Origin: a bacterium
Lineage (GTDB): Bacteria > T1Sed10-126 > CAZEBV01
Assembly: GCA_042219765.1 (NCBI GenBank)
Contig: JBDGPI010000040.1
Coordinates: 53,567-92,756, forward strand
Length of the DNA stretch: 39,190 bases
Reading direction: 5' to 3'
Shown here: positions 1 to 9,123 of the stretch, piece after piece
How positions within the stretch are numbered: position 1 is the first letter of the stretch
How the letters are laid out: every line of letters begins with the position of its first letter
Notes under the pieces: model-generated
Told to the model about the DNA's origin: nothing
The model's input: only the letters and a program-made list of their open reading frames with translations
Database searches by the model: none
Translations under genes and position numbers: made by a program

Positions 1-702
1 AACGAAAAATGTCGTACCGCCAATCGGGAATTACAGAAACGCATCGATGATTACAAAAAGAAATTGAAGGAAACCATCCTTAAAAATGAAGAAATGCTCC
101 ACCGGGTCAAAAACCATTTTAGCCGGGTTGAAAGCTGGCTTCGTTACCAGCAGTCCCAGGTAGAAAACGAGGAAGGCTTTCGGGCACTGGAGATTGCCGA
201 GGCAAGGCTCCATGCCTTCGTCAGCATCCAGGAACAGTTCAACAAGACCCGTCAGACCGAGGTCGTTCAATCGAGGGACCTGCTGATGAACATCATCGAA
301 CATATCAACACCATCTTCGATGAAGTATCAACAAGTGTTGATCTGACCCACCGGATTGATGACGTTGAAATACCGAGTGATACGGCACTTAAAATTGGAC
401 TCGCCCTGAATGAACTTATGACAAATGCCTATCAGCACGTGTTTATTCCCGGGCGAGGGTCGAGCTTAACGGTCGATTTTTCCGTTCGGAACGATACCTG
501 TCATCTGCTCGTCAGTGACGACGGCCCGGGATTCCCCGATGACGATCAACCCCGACGGGAGTTACCAAAAGGACTCGAACTCGTCAGAGAACTGATTGAA
601 TACGAAAGCAACGGAAGCTTAACGTTAAAAGAGGCCGACAGGACAACGCTGGAAGTGCGTGTTCCCCTGGAGACGGAAAAGTTCAATACGGATAATGACT
701 AA
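1..702 (+). CDS. Sensor histidine kinase, C-terminal portion (HisKA_2-type H-box plus HATPase_c). The 5' end lies outside the window.
   Basis: The frame of the 64..702 ORF is open from base 1 (NEKCRTANRELQKRIDDYKK...), so the gene enters from upstream. Motifs: H-box-like EEMLHRVKNHF, N-box-like LALNELMTNAYQHVF, G1-like LLVSDDGPGFP. Stop TAA at 700..702. Confidence 0.8.
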   Translation, partial: NEKCRTANRELQKRIDDYKKKLKETILKNEEMLHRVKNHFSRVESWLRYQQSQVENEEGFRALEIAEARLHAFVSIQEQFNKTRQTEVVQSRDLLMNIIEHINTIFDEVSTSVDLTHRIDDVEIPSDTALKIGLALNELMTNAYQHVFIPGRGSSLTVDFSVRNDTCHLLVSDDGPGFPDDDQPRRELPKGLELVRELIEYESNGSLTLKEADRTTLEVRVPLETEKFNTDND

Positions 703-743
703 TGTTGCCACGCTAAGGGTGGATTATTTCATGGGTTAGCTGC

Positions 744-1187
744 TCATGATCGCACGACACCCTGAACGTAATCGATCGCTGATTGACGGTCCTCGCAATT
801 GAACGGGTCTATCAGCCAGCAGAGTCCCAGTGAAACCAGCGTGAGCCCGAAAAATCCCAGCAGCATTAAAATATCAATACGAATATTCATCCGGGCCGGA
901 ACCTGTAGTTCGTAGGGTATCCAGAACAGGAAGGAAAGACCTACAAGGCCCGTTCTAATAGTACGTCCATAAGTTATCGGAAAGGGAATACTGGCGTAGG
1001 CCATGCACGTCAGGCTCAAGTAGAAGGCCAATCCCTTGGTCCCGGGTACCGTTCCGAACAGGCTACCCAGAAGAGGTATTGTCACCATTATCCAGCCCCC
1101 GGCCGCACACAGACCAGTGATAACCACAATCGTTCCCGAAAGGTACCTCAGGTAGCGTAAGACGGTTTCCATACCAATCACTTTCAC
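744..1187 (-). CDS. Hypothetical integral membrane protein
   Basis: A 147-codon ORF with several long hydrophobic segments (GTIVVITGLCAAGGWIMVTIPLL, LVGLSFLFWIPY, ILMLLGFFGLTLVSLGLCWLI). I recognise no family. The start is ambiguous (GTG 1187 or ATG 1172). Confidence 0.45.
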   Translation of the reverse strand: MKVIGMETVLRYLRYLSGTIVVITGLCAAGGWIMVTIPLLGSLFGTVPGTKGLAFYLSLTCMAYASIPFPITYGRTIRTGLVGLSFLFWIPYELQVPARMNIRIDILMLLGFFGLTLVSLGLCWLIDPFNCEDRQSAIDYVQGVVRS

Positions 1188-1392
1188 TGTAATTGTGTCT
1201 AAGGCTCAACGCTTCCTTCACGGCTCGTGATCAAGCACAGTCCGACGAAAATTTGCTGCTGGCCGGATATCAAGTGACTATCATGGTCATTAATACCGGG
1301 GGGAGGCACTACTCCAGCATTCTCCGGCTTAAATTGTCCTCGGACCAACTTTATTATTCCTATCCGAGCGTCTTAATTGAACAAGGACTCTT

Positions 1393-1917
1393 TTGTTCAC
1401 CTCAGGCTCGCGAAAGGACCTCGACCAACCAGTGTTGTCAAAAATTATTCTACTGACAAGCTTTGCCATGCTCGCCCTGGCGGTAATCGGTTCACTTCTA
1501 CCGGCTCTACCAGGCCCAGCTCTTTCACTGGCCGGTACCTACCTGTACTGGTGGAACAGCGGGTACGTACACCCGGGACCCGTTCTTCTGACTATCATCA
1601 CGGTAATGAGCTTTCTAGCGTTGATAGCCGACTGGATTGGCCCAGCCCTGATAAGCAAATTTGGGGATGCCTCGAAGCGGACGGCGTTCGTAACCAGTGT
1701 TACAGGTATTATTGCTCTTTTTATTTCCGGTCCAATTGTCATGGTCGGTGTGATCTTTGTGACCGCTTTCCTGATGGAGTATTACCGGCAAAAAAGTTTC
1801 GGGAAGGGAATCAAAGCTGCCATGGCCGCGTTAATAGGTACCATTGGTGGAAGAATTTTTGAACTACTGGTGACACTCTTCGTGTTTGTCTCAATGCTTT
1901 TGGTTCATTTCACCTAA
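1393..1917 (+). CDS. Small integral membrane protein, DUF456-like
   Basis: The N-terminal LLPALPGPALSLAGTYLYWW motif and four hydrophobic segments recall the DUF456 family. The TTG start is preceded by AAGGA 5 nt upstream. The competing overlapping frames (1377..1862, 1193..1456) translate to Arg/Cys/Ser-rich non-protein-like sequence. Confidence 0.55.
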   Translation: MFTSGSRKDLDQPVLSKIILLTSFAMLALAVIGSLLPALPGPALSLAGTYLYWWNSGYVHPGPVLLTIITVMSFLALIADWIGPALISKFGDASKRTAFVTSVTGIIALFISGPIVMVGVIFVTAFLMEYYRQKSFGKGIKAAMAALIGTIGGRIFELLVTLFVFVSMLLVHFT

Positions 1918-2120
1918 GACCACTTATCACTCAGTCCAATACCTACGAATATTGTCTTCACCAGCTTCACGCAATAAATCGGAAGTGAAAAAGGCGATAT
2001 GGTAAGAGGTGTGATTACGCCGAATTTTTAGATGAATCTTGATCACGGATGAAACTTTAACAGTGAGTTCGTCCGGATGGGAAGGTGGTTAAAAGTTCCG
2101 AGGAGTACTTTCTTAATGCG

Positions 2121-3698
2121 TTAAATATCGGAGACCAATTCTCTTACGTCCAGGACCAGACAGATACTCCCATCTCCCATTAAGGCCGATCCGGAGGTAA
2201 AATCAATCTGTTCGAAGACCGGTCCAAGGTCCCGAACCACAACCTTTTGCTGACCGACCACTTCGTCGACTTTAAGGGAATACTCCATCCCTCCTTCCTC
2301 CAGAACCATGACCATAGGTTTCGTGGCCTCGGTGTCGTCGGGTTCCTGAAGGTTAAGTAACGACGATAAATCATGGAGGGGAAAGATGTCCCCTCGGAGA
2401 TTGATTGCCTCCTTGTGGTCTTCAACGGTGGTCGTCGGGACTTTTTCCAGGGAAAGTGTTTCAATCACACTTTCAAGGGGGACAATAAATTGCTGGTCGG
2501 CTGCTCGAATTAGCAATCCTTCCACCACAACGACGGATTGTGTCCTCGGAATCGATATCCGAATTGTAAAACCCTCGTCGTTTTCCTGGAATTCTATCGA
2601 ACCTCTTACGTCCTCAATGCGATCGATCATTTCCTGACCGTTCGAGGACGTCTCTTTGTCGTCATTATCCCTCGTTTCAAGACCAATCTTCAGAATCGTC
2701 CTCAGGATCTCCTTGTTGGCATAGTTACTCCTCTCAAAGTCTTCGGCCTCACCGGCCAAAGCACCTTGAAGGATGTTAAGGTCAAACCCCTGACCGTCGC
2801 TGCTAACTTCGAAGACAACTTCATCCCCGGATTGGTCAACTGAAATTTGGATCGTCCCCTGAGGGTCCTTCCCGGCCTCTTCTCGCTCGTCAGCCGGTTT
2901 AATATCCTCGAGCGCAAAATACTGCACCAGCGCCGTCAGGGGTCTTTCCAGAATTTCGATCAGTTTACTGTCAATGGAAATATCCTCGCCCGACAGGTCA
3001 ACCTCCACGTCACGGTCCGTTTCTTCTATCAGTTTCCGGACAAGCACGGGATATTTATTGAGGTGATTTTCGAGCGTCACCTCCCGGATTTCAAGCAGGC
3101 TATCCTGGAGATCGGAGGACAGCTCCTGGAAAGCTTGATTTGTGCTCTGGAAGTTCTGGGTAAAGTCCGCGTCCACGTCAATACTGTTTTTTGCAAGAGA
3201 GTTTTCGAGATGGTTGTACATTTCTCCGGTGACAATCAATTCCCCGACGTAATCCATGAACTGGTCGAGTTCGTCTTCATCAACTCGAACGGACTGCAGT
3301 ATTTCCATTGGGTTACTCAAAAATTCCGTCAGGTCCGCCACCTCATCGCCTCCGAGTTGATTTTCTATCTTCTCGAGTAATTTCGACACCAGTGATCCTT
3401 TAACCATCAGCGGCGGATCAGGCTGCCCCGTGTTTACGGCCTGGTACTGCATCTTGGTATTTAACATTTTCCAGTGACTCTTCAATTCTATGTATCGATC
3501 AACTAAAGCCTCCCTGACTTCCTGAGGGTCCTGAACGACGTCCATGAAGTCGAGGAAATCATCACGCAACCCACGAATCCACTCAAGAAGGTCCTCCTGA
3601 ACGTCCTCGTCCTCGATCGTAGTGTCAATATGCTCCTTCCACTGTTCCTCGAGTTCATCCCTGGTGAGTTGTTCACGCGTTTCCTCAATGAAATCCAT
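2121..3698 (-). CDS. CheA-like protein (dimerisation domain, degenerate HATPase domain, C-terminal CheW-like domain)
   Basis: VRVDEDELDQFMDYVGELIV matches the CheA P3 region (IRVD..LD.L.NLVGELV). YPVLVRKLIEETDRDVEVDLSGEDISIDSKLIEILERPL matches the CheA P4 start. FEVSSDGQGFD is G1-like. The C-terminal VDEVVGQQKVVVRDLG...SGSALMGDGSICLVLDV is a typical CheW/P5 domain. ATG at 3698 is preceded by GGTGG with a 5-nt spacer. The ORF is open up to a TTG at 3710. Confidence 0.8.
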   Translation of the reverse strand: MDFIEETREQLTRDELEEQWKEHIDTTIEDEDVQEDLLEWIRGLRDDFLDFMDVVQDPQEVREALVDRYIELKSHWKMLNTKMQYQAVNTGQPDPPLMVKGSLVSKLLEKIENQLGGDEVADLTEFLSNPMEILQSVRVDEDELDQFMDYVGELIVTGEMYNHLENSLAKNSIDVDADFTQNFQSTNQAFQELSSDLQDSLLEIREVTLENHLNKYPVLVRKLIEETDRDVEVDLSGEDISIDSKLIEILERPLTALVQYFALEDIKPADEREEAGKDPQGTIQISVDQSGDEVVFEVSSDGQGFDLNILQGALAGEAEDFERSNYANKEILRTILKIGLETRDNDDKETSSNGQEMIDRIEDVRGSIEFQENDEGFTIRISIPRTQSVVVVEGLLIRAADQQFIVPLESVIETLSLEKVPTTTVEDHKEAINLRGDIFPLHDLSSLLNLQEPDDTEATKPMVMVLEEGGMEYSLKVDEVVGQQKVVVRDLGPVFEQIDFTSGSALMGDGSICLVLDVRELVSDI

Positions 3699-4045
3699 CA
3701 AAACCACCAAAAGAAGCCAAAGTAATTACAGCGTTCATTTCTTTGACGCTAAGTTTCTGAGTTACGGTTATATTGCTGCACGGGCGAATCAGTGCAAACC
3801 CTATCGTGGGATCCATACTGGAACGAATCTAAAAAGAATAGTTCCGTACATAAAAACCATTAAATTTAGCGGATCGACTATTATATTAGGTTTCTCATAG
3901 TTGAGGCCAAAATGTATAGGACGAAGACTGACTGTGTGATCGTAAGGTCACTAACGAAAAAATTGGTAAGACTGTGAAACGGCTGAAACCGACCCGTTAC
4001 AATGCGAAATAAAGTTTTTCAAAACCAGAAGTGTGGGAACAGCTA

Positions 4046-4594
4046 CTAAGAGTTGCAGGTATTTGCGTTGAAGTGCAGAAGAATGTCTTCGGTATCACTG
4101 TCGGTCAAACCCGTGGCTGAATCAATCAAAACCTGATTATCGATTCCCAGTAATTCCCGGTTATCGAGAACGAGAAAGCTTTCGGGATCAACTTCCTGTT
4201 CCGACCAGAGGATAAGCTCATTTTTTTCCGGACTGATCTGAGGACCCTCTCGGATACCAGCGTCCAGCGTCCCCTGGAAGCCCCGCTCTGCCAGGAACTG
4301 ATCAATTTCCCTCAACGAATAATGCCTGCGCCAGGTTGAAGTGAGGACAACGGTCGGTTCGAGGTTTTTAACTACCCTGTTGAGTTGAGTAATGGCTTCC
4401 GGATCAATCAGATCGGCCGGCTGATCGATCCCCCCCGGATCTTCGACTCCTTTTAATTGCTCTTCCACAACGTCCGGATTGGCGGAGAAATAGCGGTCGG
4501 AGTTTAAGACCCCATCAATATCGAAATAGATTACTTTGTCGAACGCTGGTTCGGAGCCCCTGAAGTACGTAAAATCGTATTTGTCGGACGCCAT
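4046..4594 (-). CDS. HAD-superfamily phosphatase-like protein (resembles the HAD domain of RNA-repair 'Swiss army knife' proteins)
   Basis: VIYFDIDGVLN (HAD motif I, DxDG), followed by VVLTSTWRR and a late FLVLDN motif. From memory this pattern matches the HAD_SAK-type family. ATG start at 4594. Confidence 0.6.
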   Translation of the reverse strand: MASDKYDFTYFRGSEPAFDKVIYFDIDGVLNSDRYFSANPDVVEEQLKGVEDPGGIDQPADLIDPEAITQLNRVVKNLEPTVVLTSTWRRHYSLREIDQFLAERGFQGTLDAGIREGPQISPEKNELILWSEQEVDPESFLVLDNRELLGIDNQVLIDSATGLTDSDTEDILLHFNANTCNS

Positions 4595-4667
4595 TCCAAA
4601 TCGTCCCTTCTACGGTAATCCAGGTGAAACCAACAAACGTTCTATGCCACGTGTTGTTTTTCCTCCG

Positions 4668-5135
4668 TCAGCCCTCCTGTGGATCCTTCGTCGATAAAAC
4701 CTCAGACGTACACTGCGGGCATCGAGTGGCTTTGGCGGGTATCTGGCTAAGACAATAAGGGCACTCCTGAGTGGACGAAACAGTTTTGACGGATTCCGGG
4801 TCCTGACCGAGTCGAAGTTGATTTATTTTACGGATTACGACGAATAAGATACTCGCAATGATCAGGAAGTTGATAAGGGTGTTTATAAATATGCCGTAAT
4901 TAATCGTAGGTACCCCCGCCGATTGAGCTGCCTGTAACGTCTCGTAGCTGCCCGAGGACAAATTGATGTACATATTTGAAAAATCAACCTTGCCCAGTAC
5001 CAATCCGAGTGGAGGCATTAAGATGTCCTTCACCAACGAATTGATAACGCTGGTAAAAGCCGTTCCAATAATGATTCCTACGGCCATGTCAATTACGTTT
5101 CCCTTAATCGCAAATTTCTTGAACTCCTCCAGCAT
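4668..5135 (-). CDS. mscL: Large-conductance mechanosensitive channel MscL with a C-terminal CxxC...CxxC extension
   Basis: MLEEFKKFAIKGNVIDMAVGIIIGTAFTSVINSLVKDILMPPLG is the canonical MscL N-terminus and TM1. ATG at 5135 is preceded by GGAGGTG with a 6-nt spacer, so the listed GTG at 5144 is probably not the start. The C-terminus carries CPYCLSQIPAKATRCPQC. Confidence 0.9.
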   Translation of the reverse strand: MLEEFKKFAIKGNVIDMAVGIIIGTAFTSVINSLVKDILMPPLGLVLGKVDFSNMYINLSSGSYETLQAAQSAGVPTINYGIFINTLINFLIIASILFVVIRKINQLRLGQDPESVKTVSSTQECPYCLSQIPAKATRCPQCTSEVLSTKDPQEG

Positions 5136-5207
5136 AACAGTCACCTCCGAGGTTGTATTTTACTCCTGAATTCATCCTTGAAGCTTTCCTGGTAAACCTA
5201 AATTACC

Positions 5208-6662
5208 TCACTCATCGTCTTTCTTAAAACGAACCGTTACGGAAGTTCCGCCATTACTACTCATCTCTATCTCCCCATGTAAATCGGTCTCCACGAGAGC
5301 CTGGACCAAATCCAGTCCAAGGGAGTCCGTGGCTGTCGGCTTGTCCTCCATTGAAAAGCCACTACCGTTGTCCTCTACCTCAAGTTTATACTGACCATTG
5401 ATCCTGGAAAAAGCCACCCTGGTTCGTCCTTGACCGCCTTTGTTAAAAGCATGTTGTATACTATTCGTTACCAGCTCATTCACTATCAGACCACACCGAA
5501 CGGCAGTATCAATGTTAAGACGTATATCCTCGATTTCAGTCTCAAAGGTAATCTCGCTGTCACCCGGGACCAGAGAGGTTCGTAGTTCATCGAAGAGCCG
5601 GTGAACGTAGTCGGCAAAATTAACCTGATCAAAGTCATCCGACCGATAAAGTAAATCGTGGACAAGTGCCATGGAATTAATCCGGCTGAGACTCTCGTCG
5701 AAACTCTCACGGATCGATGGTTCATCAAACTTTTGCAGTTGAAGGCTTAACATGGAGGAGATGATCTGCATGTTGTTTTTTACACGGTGATGTATTTCTT
5801 TGAGAAGGATCTCTTTTTCCTTTACTGCCTGCTCCAGTTCCTCCGTTCTGTTGGCCACCTGCTCCTCCAGTATGTCCTTTCGGTTTCGAAGGGTCCTCTG
5901 GTCACGGATGAACGTTATCACAGCAAACAGAAGGGCCGCTGCATAGGCCAGAAGCCGTAGGAAATGCCACCCCCACCACGAGAAATCCCAGAGAGTCGAT
6001 AATTCAAACATCATCCCTGCCATGCCAAACAACAGACAGTGCACACAGAATAACAAATCGTCAAAATGGTAATCATTCAGGTAGGTCAAACCCAATCGCA
6101 TTGAAGCACCAATTAACAAAGCCCCCCCGGCCAGATTCAAATACCGTGCCGTAGTAGTGAATGAACCAAGCTGAATCATCTCCGGTAAATTTTCGGAAAA
6201 AACAAATGACAGAATGCCAAACACAATGGTGACTGCTGTACAGAGGTAGGGCCAGAGGGTCTCGAAAGGATCAAAGAACGACTCGGGTAACCAGACAAGG
6301 ACGAACAGAACCCCACCAAAAAACGTCGACGAACTGTGAAGCCAGACAAAGAGTCCGCTGACCGGGGCCATCGCATGAAAAGCATCAAGAAAACCCATTC
6401 CAATAAGGGCCCCCGCTATGCGCACGTTATAACTTGTACCCTCGTTCCGGCTTTCCAGGGCCAGGAGAAGAAACGCAACCACGAAAGCAATCATCGACCC
6501 AGTTGTTTCAATAGTGCTGTGTACCGAATGTTGTATCCACTGCCAGTCCGCCATTAACGTTAAACCCAGTGTCAGAATCACCCCGTGCAGGGCCAGACTT
6601 AAAAACACAATACCGACGAGGAACGGCTTTACGGTATTTTCCTGGATTGACGTGAACTTCAT
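5208..6662 (-). CDS. Membrane-embedded sensor histidine kinase (multi-TM N-terminal domain, HisKA_2 H-box, HATPase_c)
   Basis: About 250 N-terminal residues are repeated hydrophobic helices, followed by a coiled-coil and then LLKEIHHRVKNNMQIISSMLSLQ (HisKA_2 H-box). Also present: LIVNELVTNSIQHAF (N box) and EVEDNGSGF (G1). ATG 6662 is preceded by AGGAAG. Confidence 0.85.
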   Translation of the reverse strand: MKFTSIQENTVKPFLVGIVFLSLALHGVILTLGLTLMADWQWIQHSVHSTIETTGSMIAFVVAFLLLALESRNEGTSYNVRIAGALIGMGFLDAFHAMAPVSGLFVWLHSSSTFFGGVLFVLVWLPESFFDPFETLWPYLCTAVTIVFGILSFVFSENLPEMIQLGSFTTTARYLNLAGGALLIGASMRLGLTYLNDYHFDDLLFCVHCLLFGMAGMMFELSTLWDFSWWGWHFLRLLAYAAALLFAVITFIRDQRTLRNRKDILEEQVANRTEELEQAVKEKEILLKEIHHRVKNNMQIISSMLSLQLQKFDEPSIRESFDESLSRINSMALVHDLLYRSDDFDQVNFADYVHRLFDELRTSLVPGDSEITFETEIEDIRLNIDTAVRCGLIVNELVTNSIQHAFNKGGQGRTRVAFSRINGQYKLEVEDNGSGFSMEDKPTATDSLGLDLVQALVETDLHGEIEMSSNGGTSVTVRFKKDDE

Positions 6663-7033
6663 AAATAAACTTCCTTCTGTCCTGTGGGTGAAGGCGTATG
6701 GAATTACACGTTGGCTACAAAAAGAATTACGGAAAATATTCGTAAAGCTATTTTTCTAAGACTCGGCTTCGAATAGATTCTCCCAGGGAGAAAAAAGGAC
6801 TGAATATCGGCGGAGTATTCGAGAATAAATTCCATAGAGTACTACGTTTTTAGAATAAGTTTTTTTCCAACTAAAACCAATAATACACGGCAAATTCATT
6901 GATTGGATAATCGGTCGAATCAATGGAAAATGGAAGGGGAAATCTCAAGTTGCGGAACCTAAAAAATTCGTTCCAGTCCTCAGCATCAAGGCTGGAGTTA
7001 TTAATGGTAGGAAGTCAGTTTCGCACGTCAGCA

Positions 7034-8713
7034 TTAGGGTGGGGATAGAATACGGGGGTCCTCGTCGTCGGATTCCCTGTCCTGAAGTGATCGACCACTG
7101 GAGGATTGTCCACGAAATTCAACCGGTTCGGTTTTAGGATCAAGCGCAATTGATTCCTCAATCAACCGACTGGTCTCCTCTGAATGAGACGGATCGTTAT
7201 TTACTCCCACCTGAATTGACCTGATCTTGTCCTCGACGTCATTCAGATCAACGTCCTCATTGACCGCGTAGGCCGTGACATCCCTCTGGGTTTCGGGCTC
7301 GGCCGAACCAATCACCCGGGCTGTCGTTCTGTCAATATGGCCCTCGGCCAGCGCTTGCTGTGTCAGCGGTACAAGATCCTGGATCCAGTCGTAGGCCTGT
7401 ATTTCCTCGGCTGATTTTCCAATCATCTCGCCTAATTCCTCAATCCTCAAAAAGTCGTATTCCTCCCGAAGTCGTTTGTAAAAATTTGACTTCTCCACAC
7501 AGTTCATGGGTTCTCGCTGTAGGTTCTCCAGAAATCCCATCTCTCGGACGGTCCGTTGATCTACGTTACGAATCAGGGCTGGAATAGTCTCCCGCCCAAG
7601 TTGTCTGGCGGCACGGACTCGCCGCTCTCCAGCAATCAGCTGATAGCTGTCGTCATCAGTCTCGGCTACTTGAATCGGAGTGACAACCCCATATTCCTCA
7701 ATCGATGCCGCCAGCTTCTCCAGCTTATCCTCATCAATCTGGGATCGGGGTTGATACGGGTTAGCGACTATCCGGTCGAGTCGAATATCCCTTACCTCAA
7801 CATTCCTGGTCGAGGTCCCTGAATCGGAAACTAAATTTAGCCCAGCACTATATCGACCGGCAAGGTAACCAAAAACCGCAACCACGAGGAACATCAATCC
7901 CAAAATAATCGAAGGAGAGTCTATTACTGACCATCCAAGGGGGATTAAGTTCTTTCCCCGTGCATGGGAACCTGGTTCAGGTTGAAACCCCTCCCCTTGA
8001 CTTAAACGACTGGCTTGTTCAGGTGGATCATCGATCACGGATTTTGAACCGAAAAACGCAATAGTGTTTGTAACTGAAGAAAAATTTTGGGCGTTGATAA
8101 TGTTTTTAAGTTCGACCGTTTCTAACGTGGCCGATACCTTGTCCGATCGCGACCAGGAGATGGTAGTAAGTTGACTGACCGTCCCCGAGGTTATCGTTTT
8201 GTTACTTTCCTTGTTGGCCGAAAAAACGGATTCCGGTTCTGGATCGTCATCCTTTTGAGCCGCCTCTTCTGAGGCAACCGTCAAATCAGTTTTTGAAAGG
8301 GCCGATGATTCGGACTCTGTATGAGAATGACTGCGACTCTTTGAATTAGTTGCAGTGATCTTTTGTCCAGATCCGAGAAGCACGGCGGTAGTACTGGCCC
8401 CCGCCGGTCGATCGGATTCAGACCTGGGCGTCTCACTGCGAGGCTTTACATGATTTTGCTTGAATCGCTTGATAACCCTTGTAAGAGCCCGTTCGTCGGA
8501 GGTTTCCCTGTCAGTGGCTGCGAATGATTCGTCACCGTCGGAGGGACTCGCAATGGGCGTTCTCGGTTCATCGGGATGGATAAGTCGGTCTTCTTCGGGT
8601 TGAGTTTGTCGAACCGGTGATTGACGGCCGGCACACCCGGACAGAAAAGCAACCGAAAACAATACAAAGACTACAATTATTTGGACTCTGAACGAGGTTG
8701 TTCCTGAATCCAT
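7034..8713 (-). CDS. ParB/Spo0J-like N-terminal domain protein with a lipoprotein-type signal peptide, a long low-complexity region and an internal TM helix
   Basis: The C-terminal half has ParB motifs: RLDRIVANPYQPR, SIEEYGVVTPIQV, YQLIAGERRVRAARQLG, ENLQRE. The N-terminus MDSGTTSFRVQIIVVFVLFSVAFLSGCAG has a lipobox (LSGC). About 240 Ser/Thr/Glu/Asp/Pro-rich residues follow, then the hydrophobic segment IILGLMFLVVAVFGYLAG immediately before the ParB domain. Confidence 0.8.
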   Translation of the reverse strand: MDSGTTSFRVQIIVVFVLFSVAFLSGCAGRQSPVRQTQPEEDRLIHPDEPRTPIASPSDGDESFAATDRETSDERALTRVIKRFKQNHVKPRSETPRSESDRPAGASTTAVLLGSGQKITATNSKSRSHSHTESESSALSKTDLTVASEEAAQKDDDPEPESVFSANKESNKTITSGTVSQLTTISWSRSDKVSATLETVELKNIINAQNFSSVTNTIAFFGSKSVIDDPPEQASRLSQGEGFQPEPGSHARGKNLIPLGWSVIDSPSIILGLMFLVVAVFGYLAGRYSAGLNLVSDSGTSTRNVEVRDIRLDRIVANPYQPRSQIDEDKLEKLAASIEEYGVVTPIQVAETDDDSYQLIAGERRVRAARQLGRETIPALIRNVDQRTVREMGFLENLQREPMNCVEKSNFYKRLREEYDFLRIEELGEMIGKSAEEIQAYDWIQDLVPLTQQALAEGHIDRTTARVIGSAEPETQRDVTAYAVNEDVDLNDVEDKIRSIQVGVNNDPSHSEETSRLIEESIALDPKTEPVEFRGQSSSGRSLQDRESDDEDPRILSPP

Positions 8714-8836
8714 TACCCGACAATTCCCCTGAAAGTAGTCTCTTCCTGAATCAATGTTATTTTTCGGCAGGACCGCATTGACGGTTTACGCCAAATTTTT
8801 TGAATTCGTGCCGGAGAACTCCTGGCAGGCATTCTA

Positions 8837-8861
8837 AAACCTAAAGCTATACTTTAGGTTT
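8837..8861. repeat. Perfect 10-bp inverted repeat / hairpin AAACCTAAAG-ctata-CTTTAGGTTT. Possible weak terminator.
   Basis: Read directly from the sequence. It lies between the end of the reductase gene (9124) and the start of the ParB-like gene (8713), both on the minus strand. The stem is A/T-rich and the trailing U-run is weak, so the terminator role is uncertain. Confidence 0.3.
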
Positions 8862-9123
8862 ATTGTTTATGGTAATCCCCTGCGGTTTCTTTGCAATAGT
8901 TCGAATTGGATTACTTCGATTGCGATTAACGTTGAAGTGGACTTCCATGTTGACCCCTACCAGTAGATTTGTAAATCACTATATTAACTGGATCGAGACG
9001 ATAAGAAGGAACCTCGGGCAGTACCATGATCGACTATTTAGCAGGATGGGTGATAGAGGACTACTTGGAAGAGGCCTTGGTTCCGATTCTGGCGACGCCT
9101 ACCAATCCTAACTAATTGAAGGG

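Noticed and set aside
1193-1862. ORFs 1193..1456 and 1377..1862, which overlap the DUF456-like gene in other frames
   Set aside because: Their translations are Arg/Cys/Ser-rich with no hydrophobic periodicity. The 1393..1917 frame gives a coherent 4-TM protein with an AAGGA ribosome-binding site.
2386-3380. Several plus-strand ORFs (2386..2637, 2538..2843, 2847..3380) inside the CheA-like gene
   Set aside because: They are antisense shadows of a well-supported minus-strand gene. Their translations are Arg/Ser/Phe-rich and lack motifs. The same applies to 18555..19211 and 19368..19706 within the PAS kinase gene, 24482..24868 within the permease gene, 34346..35050 across LemA/M48, and the other internal ORFs in the track.
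8863-9111. An 82-aa plus-strand ORF between the ParB-like and reductase genes
   Set aside because: The translation is basic and low-complexity (LLRLRLTLKW..., GRGLGSDSG). It has no RBS and runs opposite to both flanking genes, so it is likely spurious.
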